A program made the position numbers and the translations under genes. From a virus (taxonomy: Duplodnaviria > Caudoviricetes): 43,528 nucleotides of DNA. Shown in pieces: positions 33,612-41,595 of this stretch (position 1 is the stretch's first letter; each line of letters begins with the position of its first letter). The notes below the pieces were generated by a model. It did not search any database. It saw only the letters and a program-made list of their open reading frames with translations, and had not been told where the DNA came from. The stretch is taken from IMG/VR virus record IMGVR_UViG_3300006169_000003, positions 1 through 43,528 of that record; one strand, written 5' to 3'.

Positions 33612-34175
33612 CTACGGCGCTGGGGACGCGACCTCGTCAGAGGCCAGGTCCACGGTGGTGGTGATTGAGGCTGGCGTCGGACCCGCCCCCTCTTGGGTGT
33701 TGGCTGGCGCAATGACGTGCAGCCAGGTGGTGGTGGTATGGGTCGCGTCCGCCTCCGCCGGGATGACCGGCATGGCGACGCGCACGCGCAGCAGGTAGAG
33801 CAGACCCTCCTGCATGCCGGAGGTGTCGGCCCATTCGCCGTCCTCCAGCGCGAGGTTGCTTCCCAGGTTGTCCAGCAGCGCCAGGACCACCTTGTCGACC
33901 AGGAGCTCCGCCGCGACCCAATCCGGGTGGCTGCCCACGTCGCTGGCGCGCTTGGCCCAGATGCGGACCTCGAGCCCGACCAGCCGCGTCGCCCTGGAGG
34001 GGTGGGTGCGGTTGACGTTGTTTTTGTAGTCCACCGCGGCGAACCGGTCGCCTCGGGGAACGAAGACGACGGAGGGAGGAGATCCGTGCTGGCCGACGTT
34101 CTCCTGGCCATAGGCGCAAGGAATCGGCGCCAGCGCGCCGGCAATGACGTCCAGGACGGGAACGATGGAGGGCAC
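33612..34175 (-). CDS. tail terminator (gp37-position)
   Basis: Position and alpha/beta pattern 'P.VVFVP.GD.F...EVRIWA'. Confidence 0.65.
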   Translation of the reverse strand: MPSIVPVLDVIAGALAPIPCAYGQENVGQHGSPPSVVFVPRGDRFAAVDYKNNVNRTHPSRATRLVGLEVRIWAKRASDVGSHPDWVAAELLVDKVVLALLDNLGSNLALEDGEWADTSGMQEGLLYLLRVRVAMPVIPAEADATHTTTTWLHVIAPANTQEGAGPTPASITTTVDLASDEVASPAP

Positions 34176-34178
34176 CCG

Positions 34179-34610
34179 CTACCTCCCCAGCGTTTCGCGG
34201 ACGTGGTTGTCGGCAATCGCCTGAAGGGCGCGCCTCCAGCGACCGCCAAAGCCCTGCCGTCCATTGGGCAGGAACATGCGCTGGGGGATTGCGTCGCGGC
34301 CCCATTGGTGGGTCGCGGCGTAGATGACGTTCGTGACCAGCCCGAAGTCGAGGCCGGTAGCGCTGGGCCTGATGCTGGACTCCAGGCGCCGCGTCTTTCG
34401 CAGCGGCTGCCCGCGCCGGTACTTGGGGTTCTTCCAGCGGACGCCGTAGGGCGTGATGCTGCGGTCGAAGCCGTCGTGGGCCAGCTCCAGGGCCTCCCGC
34501 GCCAGCTTGCGGTTCAATTCGGCCTTGGACTTGGCGGTCGCGAGCTGGCCGAAGCGGCTGGCCAGCTGCTGGAGCTTGCGGCTATCTCCCTTGAATCGAA
34601 CGCCGGCCAT
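34179..34610 (-). CDS. virion morphogenesis protein (Mu gpG / P2 gpS family)
   Basis: 'F.....P.G..W...L.KT.RL..SI...TNV.YAA.HQWG...IP.R.FL'. Confidence 0.88.
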   Translation of the reverse strand: MAGVRFKGDSRKLQQLASRFGQLATAKSKAELNRKLAREALELAHDGFDRSITPYGVRWKNPKYRRGQPLRKTRRLESSIRPSATGLDFGLVTNVIYAATHQWGRDAIPQRMFLPNGRQGFGGRWRRALQAIADNHVRETLGR

Positions 34611-34613
34611 AGG

Positions 34614-35108
34614 TCACCACCCTCTCCGCTTGGGCGTGCCGACGCCTCCGCCGCCCTCGGTCGTGGTGCCGCTCCAGAATTCGTCCGTCTCTGGATTGCC
34701 CTCACGAACCTGGACAACGAAGTCGCCATGCGAGGCCTGGGTGGCGTCTTCTACATTCGCTTGCGTTTGTGACGAATCCTGGAACCCATAGGGCGAGATT
34801 TTGCCCGCCGCGATTCCCTCCAGCCACTTGATGGCATCCTTGTGGCCGGTCAGCAGCATGTCCGCGTCGGCCAGCTCGGGGTTGAACCCCTTGCCCTTCA
34901 TCAGCATGAGGGCCGCCATGTCGCAGACGGCCTTCTTGAGGTCGGAACCGTATTCGACGATGGGCAACTGGTAGCGGTGATTGAGATAGCCGTCAGCCAG
35001 ACGCGACGCGGCCTCCAGCGCAGCGTCCTGCTGCGCCTCGCTGATGCCACTCAGTGCCCGGGTGGGGATGCTGAGTGTGGTCAGGTCTGTCCGCGTCGCG
35101 TAGGCCAT
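34614..35108 (-). CDS. head-tail connector (Mu gp36/DUF1320-like)
   Basis: 'MAYAT..DL...AS..ADGYL..RY.LP...A..WL..IA.G'. Confidence 0.88.
   Translation of the reverse strand: MAYATRTDLTTLSIPTRALSGISEAQQDAALEAASRLADGYLNHRYQLPIVEYGSDLKKAVCDMAALMLMKGKGFNPELADADMLLTGHKDAIKWLEGIAAGKISPYGFQDSSQTQANVEDATQASHGDFVVQVREGNPETDEFWSGTTTEGGGGVGTPKRRGW
34750..34764 (+). promoter_or_regulatory. 15-bp motif copy TCTACATTCGCTTGC
   Basis: Inside the gp36-like CDS; exact match. Confidence 0.65.
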
Positions 35109-35111
35109 GGC

Positions 35112-35603
35112 TTACTTTTTCGCCTTGCCCTTCTCGTCGATGGGCTTGCCCTGGAGGGCTGCCGCGTGGTTCTCCGGCGGCGGCTGGCCGTGGAGGACTT
35201 CGCGATCCTGGATGGGCGCCTGGGCGCTGCCCGTCCCCAGGTTCACCTCGGTGCGCGCCTGGGCGATGGCGTCCTGGCGGTTCTCCTTCTCCAGGGTGAA
35301 CAGCTGCGTCGGGTTCGTCTCCTTCTTCGACTGCTCCGAGCGGAACTTCTCCAGGGCGGCCAGCTCGTCGGCCGTCACCGAGACCTGCGTCGTGGTCTGG
35401 GAGACCTCGACGGGCTTGGCGACCTTGCCGCCAATGAGGACGACGAGGCCAGGCCGCCGGGCCAGGTTCGCCACCTCTTCGTCGGTCAGCTCGACGTCAT
35501 ACTGCTGCCCGCTGGCCCAGTGGCGCCCTGCCGCCCACCAGCCGTTGAAGCCCTCTCGGGCCGGGACAATCACCTGCGCCTTGTGCTTTTTTTCGCCTGC
35601 CAT
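35112..35603 (-). CDS. Mu gp35-position head-associated protein
   Basis: 'GWWAAGRHW...LTDEEV..L...P.L.V' resembles the small protein after Mu-type capsids. Confidence 0.65.
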   Translation of the reverse strand: MAGEKKHKAQVIVPAREGFNGWWAAGRHWASGQQYDVELTDEEVANLARRPGLVVLIGGKVAKPVEVSQTTTQVSVTADELAALEKFRSEQSKKETNPTQLFTLEKENRQDAIAQARTEVNLGTGSAQAPIQDREVLHGQPPPENHAAALQGKPIDEKGKAKK

Positions 35604-35609
35604 TGTGAA
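35595..35609 (-). promoter_or_regulatory. 15-bp motif copy TTCACAATGGCAGGC
   Basis: Contains the ATG of gene 35603; exact match. Confidence 0.7.
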
Positions 35610-35698
35610 ACCCTCCGATGGGTGGAGCCCAGGAGGGTCGGCTGACCTGACGCCGGTTCATAACGCCGGCGTCAGTGCGGCCCCACCAGGCAGAAGAA

Positions 35699-36631
35699 CT
35701 ACGCAGCAGCCCGAGCAGCGAGGAACGGCAGCGTGAACCCGGCATTGCCTCGGGTGTCGACGCCGTAGACGAACTTCTTCCTCCAGAAGACGTTCGGGTC
35801 GCTGGGGTTGAACAGGGCCACGAAGTTCGGCGCCTGCCGCAGCTGGAAGATGAAGGGGCGAATGGGCTTGGAGGTGTCCAGGAGGTACCAGACGGTGGGC
35901 TCCGTCTCGAGCTCCGGGATTTCCAGGTGGTCGACCGAGTTGCGGTAGATGTTCGTCACCGCGACGTTCGCCACGTTGCCGCCCCAGGCGCTGCCCGGCG
36001 CGATGATTTCGCTGTTGAGGATTGCCCGCGCGGTGTCCGAGAGGGACGGCGGGGTCACCAGCAGCGTCGCCCTGGCCTGCAAGGGCTCTCCGTCCGCGCC
36101 CAGCCGGGACGCGAATTGCGACCGGACGTAGCCGAAGTTGGCCGCGTTCAGAGGGCGGGAGCTGTAGCTGTTGGAGTAGGTCCCCAGCCCAGCGTTGTCC
36201 GCGTTCACCGGGTGATCCGTGTCGAAGAAGAACTGGCCATCGGCACAGACGGTGGTGGCGCCGGCCTTGAGGACGGCCGCGACGAGCTGGTCAGGCCACT
36301 TGCGCGCCTGCTGCCCAACGGTCTCGACCCAGCCGTTGTAGACGCCAATGTTGTCGTCGGCGATGTCGTCCTTGTCGACCTCGACCGTCAACTCGAAAGG
36401 CTTGTTCTCGATGCTGAACATGCGGCTGACGAGGTTCTGCACCACGCGCTCGCCCACCCACTCTCGCATCTTCGGAATCGCATCCATCCAGTGGTAGCGA
36501 TTCTGCTTCGTGGTGCTGGGGACCTCGGTGGCGAGCCGGTTGTACCAGACCGGCGTCTTGTCGAACGCGCCCTGAAAGCGCGCATCGAAGCCGTAGTACA
36601 TGGCTTCGAGATTCGGTGCATTGATGACCAT
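35699..36631 (-). CDS. major capsid protein (Mu gpT family)
   Basis: 'A.EVPS.T....Y.W...P.MREWVGER...I.N..FE.TV.V..DDI.DDN.G.Y...DGQ.FFDTDHPV...WYLLDTS.P..P.IFQ.R'. Confidence 0.95.
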   Translation of the reverse strand: MVINAPNLEAMYYGFDARFQGAFDKTPVWYNRLATEVPSTTKQNRYHWMDAIPKMREWVGERVVQNLVSRMFSIENKPFELTVEVDKDDIADDNIGVYNGWVETVGQQARKWPDQLVAAVLKAGATTVCADGQFFFDTDHPVNADNAGLGTYSNSYSSRPLNAANFGYVRSQFASRLGADGEPLQARATLLVTPPSLSDTARAILNSEIIAPGSAWGGNVANVAVTNIYRNSVDHLEIPELETEPTVWYLLDTSKPIRPFIFQLRQAPNFVALFNPSDPNVFWRKKFVYGVDTRGNAGFTLPFLAARAAA

Positions 36632-36676
36632 TGTGAAATTCCTTTTTGGGGCTGCCGAGAGCGGTTGGAGGTTGGG

Positions 36677-37141
36677 CTACGCCGTGGTGTCGAGGATGAG
36701 CGCGGCAATCTGCGGAGTCACGCCAAGCTCGACGAACACGCCATCGGTCTCGACCTGATAGATGAGGCCCGCCGGCGAGCGCGTCCCGGTGCCGTCCGTC
36801 TTGGCCACGGTCTGGTCGTCAACGACGTAGCAGAACTTACCCACGTCGGCCTGGGCGATGAGGTCGCCGGAGGCGCTGTTGGCGAACTTGTGCGGTCCTC
36901 GCCTCACGGCGATGACCTTGTCGCCTGCCGAGCCCGAGGAGTTGTCCACGGTCTCTTGGGCGACGCCGGCTGCGAGGTCGCCCGTTGCGGTGGCCCCAGG
37001 GCGGGCATAGCCAGCGCGAATGACGACGAGGGCGCCGGCGTAGATTTTCACGCCAGCGGCGACAGGAATCTTCCAGAAAGGAACGACCGCATCGTCGCCG
37101 AGTCGCGTCGTGTGAGGTCGTGGTCCGGTGAGTGCGGCCAT
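36677..37141 (-). CDS. capsid decoration / cement protein
   Basis: 'PVAA..KIY.GALV...G.A.E.VDN..G..GD...VRRG...NS...D.I.QADVG..CY.VDDQTV'. Confidence 0.8.
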   Translation of the reverse strand: MAALTGPRPHTTRLGDDAVVPFWKIPVAAGVKIYAGALVVIRAGYARPGATATGDLAAGVAQETVDNSSGSAGDKVIAVRRGPHKFANSASGDLIAQADVGKFCYVVDDQTVAKTDGTGTRSPAGLIYQVETDGVFVELGVTPQIAALILDTTA

Positions 37142-37154
37142 GGTTTTTACTCCT

Positions 37155-37169
37155 GCAAGCGGTTGTTAA
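37155..37169 (-). promoter_or_regulatory. 15-bp motif near copy TTAACAACCGCTTGC
   Basis: Two mismatches; immediately upstream of the RBS of 37141. Confidence 0.5.
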
Positions 37170-37204
37170 AAGACAGCGGGTCAGACTGCGAAAGGGGTGG
37201 ACTG

Positions 37205-38299
37205 CTAGGCGTCGCCGGGCTTGCCCTCAAGCTGGAGGGGCACCACGCCTCCGCGCGCTGCCTTGCGCTTGGCGAAGTCCTCGGGAGAGACGCCCAGCAT
37301 GGCGGCCACGCTGCGGTCCTCCTGGGAGAGGGCGACGGTCTGGTGCGTCACCGTCTGGGTCTCCTTGCCCGCCGGCTGGTGGACCGGGACCGCGACCTTG
37401 AGGAACGCTTCGAGGGCCGGCATGTCCATCGCCAGCAGCACCGGCTCGTAGGCCGGCGGCACGCAACCCTTGCGCTTGCCCTCGTCAATCATGGCCTTCT
37501 TCTTGGCCTCCAACTGCGCCTGCTTCACCTGCGACAGCTCCGCCGCCATGGTGGCAGCGGACTCCGCAGCGACCTTCCAGGCCTGGACGACGGCCATGGC
37601 TTCGGACTCCGTCGCCTTGCCCGTCAGCGCCAGCAGCGCCGGCGGCATGGCGGTCGAGGCCATCTTTCGGGAGATGGCGGCCATTGCCTCCGCCTCCGTC
37701 GCAGTCTCAGGGAGGTTGAGCATCGCCAGCAGCTGTTTCCAATTCATGTCCCGCTCCTCGGTTTCGTCGTCGGTTGAGGCGCCCAGACGCGAAGCCACCA
37801 ATGGCTCGAGTTCGTGCAGCGCCGGAATGTTGGTGAGGGCCACGTTCAACAGCGCCAGAATCTCCCCAGCCTGATCGTGGTCAAAGGCTGGGCTGATGTA
37901 GCGGTACTCCCGGTCGGCAATCATCTGCGCCGCCTTGGGAGTCCAGGAAACAGAAGAGGCCCACAGCTCGCCGCTGCGGACCTCGGGCTTGAACCAGCCG
38001 GCAGCCTTGCCAGCCTCCGCAGGGTCTGCGGAAATCCACGCGAACATGCCGTGGGCGTAGTCGATTGCCAGGTCGTTCCCGTAGGACGCGGCTTTCTTCA
38101 TGACCGATTCCTGGCTGGTCTCGGTGAACTTGAAGACGCCCTTCGTCGACTCGTTCATGCCCTTCTTGAAGATGCGGAACTCGGAGGGCGGAGTCGGCTT
38201 CCCGTCCTTGCCCAGCGTCGCCATCTCCAACAGGTCGATGGACAGCAGGGTCGCCGGAATTTTTACATTGGCCTTCTGCTGTTTCTTTTTGGCGCCCAG
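37205..38299 (-). CDS. Mu-type prohead protease/scaffold (gpI)
   Basis: 'IDY.H...AAGW...LW...WT..A...I...EYRYISP.F...ALTN.PA'; start either TTG 38230/ATG 38224 or CTG 38299. Confidence 0.9.
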   Translation of the reverse strand: MGAKKKQQKANVKIPATLLSIDLLEMATLGKDGKPTPPSEFRIFKKGMNESTKGVFKFTETSQESVMKKAASYGNDLAIDYAHGMFAWISADPAEAGKAAGWFKPEVRSGELWASSVSWTPKAAQMIADREYRYISPAFDHDQAGEILALLNVALTNIPALHELEPLVASRLGASTDDETEERDMNWKQLLAMLNLPETATEAEAMAAISRKMASTAMPPALLALTGKATESEAMAVVQAWKVAAESAATMAAELSQVKQAQLEAKKKAMIDEGKRKGCVPPAYEPVLLAMDMPALEAFLKVAVPVHQPAGKETQTVTHQTVALSQEDRSVAAMLGVSPEDFAKRKAARGGVVPLQLEGKPGDA

Positions 38300-38331
38300 G
38301 GCGTCCCCCTACCGTATTGACAAAAGCGTGG

Positions 38332-39009
38332 TCATCTTCTCTTGGCACGGTACTTCGACACAAGGTTTCGTGGGTATTTGGAGAGGTCGGGCGCCCAGTC
38401 AAGCGGGTCGGCCCCTCCGAAGCCCTCCTGTGCGTCAACAGCTGGACCTCGCCGGCTGATGCCCCTGGCTGCGGCCTGCTCTGGAGTCAAGGCCCGCTTG
38501 ATGCTGCGGCATTGGTGGTGAAGTAGGGGGGTGTGGGTCAGCCACCAGCGGTGGTCGAGGGGCAGGACCGTCCCATGGCTGCGCCGGCAGACCTCGGTGG
38601 TGCCGGCGTCCAGTGTTGCCGAGAAGAGGCCATAGGGCCGCAGCTCCAGCGCCTCGGGGGTCCGCATCTGCATCTCTCGCCCGTGCGCGTATGCCTGTTG
38701 CATGTTGTTGCGGAAGATGACCTCCAGGTGCCAGGCCCGCTCCTCGCCCCAGGCCGCTTCCAGCCGGTCTCCGATGCGCGCCTTGAACTGCTCCAGCGTC
38801 TCGCCATTCTGGAGCGCCTTGGTCAGCGCCTTGAGTGTCTGGTTTATGAGGTCCAGCTTCGCGATGTGTGCGACGGTGAACGCCCTCTCGCGCATCTTGC
38901 GGTCGAGGTCGAGCCAGTCCTCTTTTCTCATTGGCACGCGATTGCGAAACCACTTGATGGCTTCCTTGTTCTGGTCGAGTGCCGGCTTCGGCTTGCGCTT
39001 CTTAGCCAT
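38332..39009 (-). CDS. head morphogenesis protein (Mu gpF / SPP1 gp7 family)
   Basis: 'RAFTVA...G.TL..FK...L..IFR.N...AY..GR...D..T..C...G......WW....P.LH..CRS'. Confidence 0.9.
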   Translation of the reverse strand: MAKKRKPKPALDQNKEAIKWFRNRVPMRKEDWLDLDRKMRERAFTVAHIAKLDLINQTLKALTKALQNGETLEQFKARIGDRLEAAWGEERAWHLEVIFRNNMQQAYAHGREMQMRTPEALELRPYGLFSATLDAGTTEVCRRSHGTVLPLDHRWWLTHTPLLHHQCRSIKRALTPEQAAARGISRRGPAVDAQEGFGGADPLDWAPDLSKYPRNLVSKYRAKRR

Positions 39010-39541
39010 GGGGCACCGCCGGGCCGATGCCGGGCCTGAACATGCGCTGCTGCCAATGGCGCAGCAGGGAGATGGAGTGCTCCAGGTCGGCCAAGGGGGT
39101 GTGCGCGGGCTCTCCTCCGGGTGCCTCCTCGCCCAGCCAGGCCTTCGCGAGGACGCGCAGCGCGGACACGTCCAGGAGGCGGTAGTGGCAGAGAGGCATC
39201 AGCAGCGGCATGTGGAAGTTCAGGAAGCCCACGTCGAAGGCGACGCTGCTGCCCGCCCAATGCCGCTCGCCGGTCGAGGCCTGGGTGATCAGCTGCTGCG
39301 CGGCCTCTGCGACCTCCAGCTCGCTGCGGCCCTCTGCATGGCAGCGGTCCAGCAGCCCGCTGCGCTGGTGCATCTCGCGCGCCTTGGGGTCGGAGAAGCG
39401 GAGGACGCCGGGCTTCACCAGCCATTCACCGCGGGCTAGTTCGTTCAGCATCCCGTCAGTGACGATGATGCCCAACGCCAGCATGGTGTCGCGCAGAGGG
39501 AAAAGGCCGGTCGTCTCCGAGTCCAGCCAGACGAGGTTCAT
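39002..39541 (-). CDS. orn: oligoribonuclease-like DEDDh 3'-5' exonuclease
   Basis: 'NLVWLDSETTGL...IVTD..LN.L...MH..SGL...AG.SV.FD..FL...MP....HYR.LDVS....LAK.W...H..LAD...SI..L..W' parallels bacterial Orn. Confidence 0.85.
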   Translation of the reverse strand: MNLVWLDSETTGLFPLRDTMLALGIIVTDGMLNELARGEWLVKPGVLRFSDPKAREMHQRSGLLDRCHAEGRSELEVAEAAQQLITQASTGERHWAGSSVAFDVGFLNFHMPLLMPLCHYRLLDVSALRVLAKAWLGEEAPGGEPAHTPLADLEHSISLLRHWQQRMFRPGIGPAVPHG

Positions 39542-39753
39542 GCCTCACCCAACCCGCGCGCCGTCGCGCCGTGCTCATGCTGCCGGGTCCAGGCCTGGGC
39601 TTTGACGAGGACCTGGTCGGCCTCTTTCTTGACGGCCCGCCCGAATTTGTCCCAGCAGTGCACCGGGCCAGGCGGCCCGAAGACAGCGAACTCCTCCGTC
39701 GCGCCGCAGATGGTGCAGGTGACGGAGTAGCTGGTGATGGCCCGGCGGCTCAC
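39538..39753 (-). CDS. small CxxC...H protein
   Basis: GTGA and ATGA coupling between portal and orn. Confidence 0.6.
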   Translation of the reverse strand: MSRRAITSYSVTCTICGATEEFAVFGPPGPVHCWDKFGRAVKKEADQVLVKAQAWTRQHEHGATARGLGEA

Positions 39754-41423
39754 TCGTCATCCTCCTCGGGCTCCACGGAGAGGCCGGCTTCCTTGCGCGC
39801 GGCATAGCGCCCAGCCAGGTCCGCCATCAGCAGGCCCTGGTGCAGCAGCTCCGCCTCCTCGTCGGCGTCCATCTCCCCGTATTCATCGACGAGGCGCTGC
39901 CGGAGGGCGCCGAAGTCAGGCGCGCCCTTGATGATTTTCAGGACGCGGTCGAGGTCTTTGGACAGCACCTTGGCGACCCTGGCCTGGCCGTCGTCCCCGA
40001 GGCGGTCGATGTAAAGCTGGCCCTCCACCGCCGGCAGAGGCACATCTTCGCCTCCGTCGTCCTGGGCGGCAGACAACTCGCGCTTTGTCTGTCGTCCCTT
40101 GCCTTTCCTGGAGGCCTGTGCGCGCGGCCTGGGCAGCGCTGGCTTGTCGCCGGGTCTTGGGGCCGCCCCAGCCTCCCCAGGCTCTCCAGCGCCCGGCTGG
40201 GGCGGTTCCTCGGGCTCCTCCGCCGGGCCGGTGGTGGGGACCTCCTCTTCCTCGGTGATCTTGTCCACGTCCACCTGGATGCCTGCGGCTTTCGCGGCGG
40301 TGATCCCGTCGCCCAGGTTTTTGAGGCTGGTGCCTCGGGCGTTGCGCTCCTCGACGGTCTTCGTCTTCGTCTTCCACTTCGGCATGGGCGCCAGCTCGGC
40401 GCTGCCGAAGTTGTGCAGCGCCCACCAGGCGATGCTTTGGCTGCGGAGGCATTGCCCCAGGGACTCCGCGTCGAACTGCATGACCTCGTTCTTGATGGTC
40501 ATGTGCGTCTGCGCTGCCGCGTAGCTGCCGCCCTTGACCTCCGTGGTGAGGTTCTGCCCGAGGAGGCGCACCGCGATGCAGGCCTCCGCCTTGTCCAGGA
40601 GCTTGTCGAAGGTCTGCCAGTTGTTGTTCATCGCCTCCAGCAGCTCCAGGTCGTAGCGGTCGGCCTTCTCGTTGCCGGCGCCGGCGACGCGCGGGGTTCG
40701 GATGGTCGCCTCGGAGGCCAGCGCCGCCACCTGGGCGAGGAACTTCTTCTTGTCGTCCTCCTGGGCGCCAGCAGGCGTGACGACTTTCTTGATTGGGTGG
40801 CCGTGAACCTCGCTGTAGCGCGCCCAGTCTCGGAGGCCCCAGGTCCGCATCAGCCAGGGAACGTAAAGGCTGCGCACCGCCCCATGCATCCAGCCTCGGT
40901 CGAGGCCGTAGGGCGTGTAGAGAATCCATTGCCCATCGCCGGGGGTGACTTCGCGCGGCCCCTCATGCGTCTGCACCCAGAACGACCGCGTGTCCTGTCG
41001 ATAGGTCAACGCTCGGGGGTGCCAGACCCTCAACTTCGGCGTCCAGCGCCTCTCTCCGTACTGCCAGATGTTTTCACCCAGCGAGGCGCCAAGTAGAACG
41101 CCCCACTGGTGGAGCTCGGTGAGGGCAGCATCTGGAAACATCTCCTCGAAGCCCTCGTCGAGTTCCTTCGCCACCGCCCTCTTCATGCGGCCGTCGCCTC
41201 TGGGCTCCAGCGTCAGAGGCAGCGCGGGCAGCGCGCGGGTTCGCGTCTCCAGGCAGCCGCTGATGCGATCATCGCGGCCCATGGCCTCGACCACCAGCGA
41301 GGCCTGGTGAAAGACGCCCTGCTCCAGGGCGGTAATGGCCGCCTTGACCAGCTGGACGTTGTCCCAATCGGACCAGGAGACGACGGGCAACTCTGTGGCT
41401 CTGACAATCGCTGGTTTTGACAT
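39750..41423 (-). CDS. portal protein (Mu gp29/DUF935 family)
   Basis: 'D..I...L.TR...E..W...DW.RY.E.HG.P...LGQ.LTT...GSYAAA.TH'. Confidence 0.9.
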   Translation of the reverse strand: MSKPAIVRATELPVVSWSDWDNVQLVKAAITALEQGVFHQASLVVEAMGRDDRISGCLETRTRALPALPLTLEPRGDGRMKRAVAKELDEGFEEMFPDAALTELHQWGVLLGASLGENIWQYGERRWTPKLRVWHPRALTYRQDTRSFWVQTHEGPREVTPGDGQWILYTPYGLDRGWMHGAVRSLYVPWLMRTWGLRDWARYSEVHGHPIKKVVTPAGAQEDDKKKFLAQVAALASEATIRTPRVAGAGNEKADRYDLELLEAMNNNWQTFDKLLDKAEACIAVRLLGQNLTTEVKGGSYAAAQTHMTIKNEVMQFDAESLGQCLRSQSIAWWALHNFGSAELAPMPKWKTKTKTVEERNARGTSLKNLGDGITAAKAAGIQVDVDKITEEEEVPTTGPAEEPEEPPQPGAGEPGEAGAAPRPGDKPALPRPRAQASRKGKGRQTKRELSAAQDDGGEDVPLPAVEGQLYIDRLGDDGQARVAKVLSKDLDRVLKIIKGAPDFGALRQRLVDEYGEMDADEEAELLHQGLLMADLAGRYAARKEAGLSVEPEEDDE

Positions 41424-41456
41424 TCACCCTCCGCGCGCTGCTGGGAGGGTATCCCG

Positions 41457-41492
41457 AAAGGGGCCGCCGGTCGCGCAGCCAGCGGCCCCTTC
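41457..41492 (-). terminator. strong hairpin with a short U tract between terL and portal
   Basis: mRNA GAAGGGGCCGCUGG-loop-CCGGCGGCCCCUUUC. Confidence 0.45.
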
Positions 41493-41575
41493 CCGAACCA
41501 CCAAGCCAGGCGAAAGGTTCCCGCGCCCAGGATGCTGCGGCCTGACCGGTCTGTCCGAAAGCATGTGCAGCCCCT

Positions 41576-41590
41576 TCCACATTGGCCAGC
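41576..41590 (+). promoter_or_regulatory. 15-bp motif copy TCCACATTGGCCAGC
   Basis: Just downstream of the terL stop; exact match. Confidence 0.7.
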
Positions 41591-41595
41591 TATTT

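Noticed and set aside
41530-41580. Hammerhead-like CTGA...GAAA string
   Set aside because: It lacks the CUGANGA core and the required helices.
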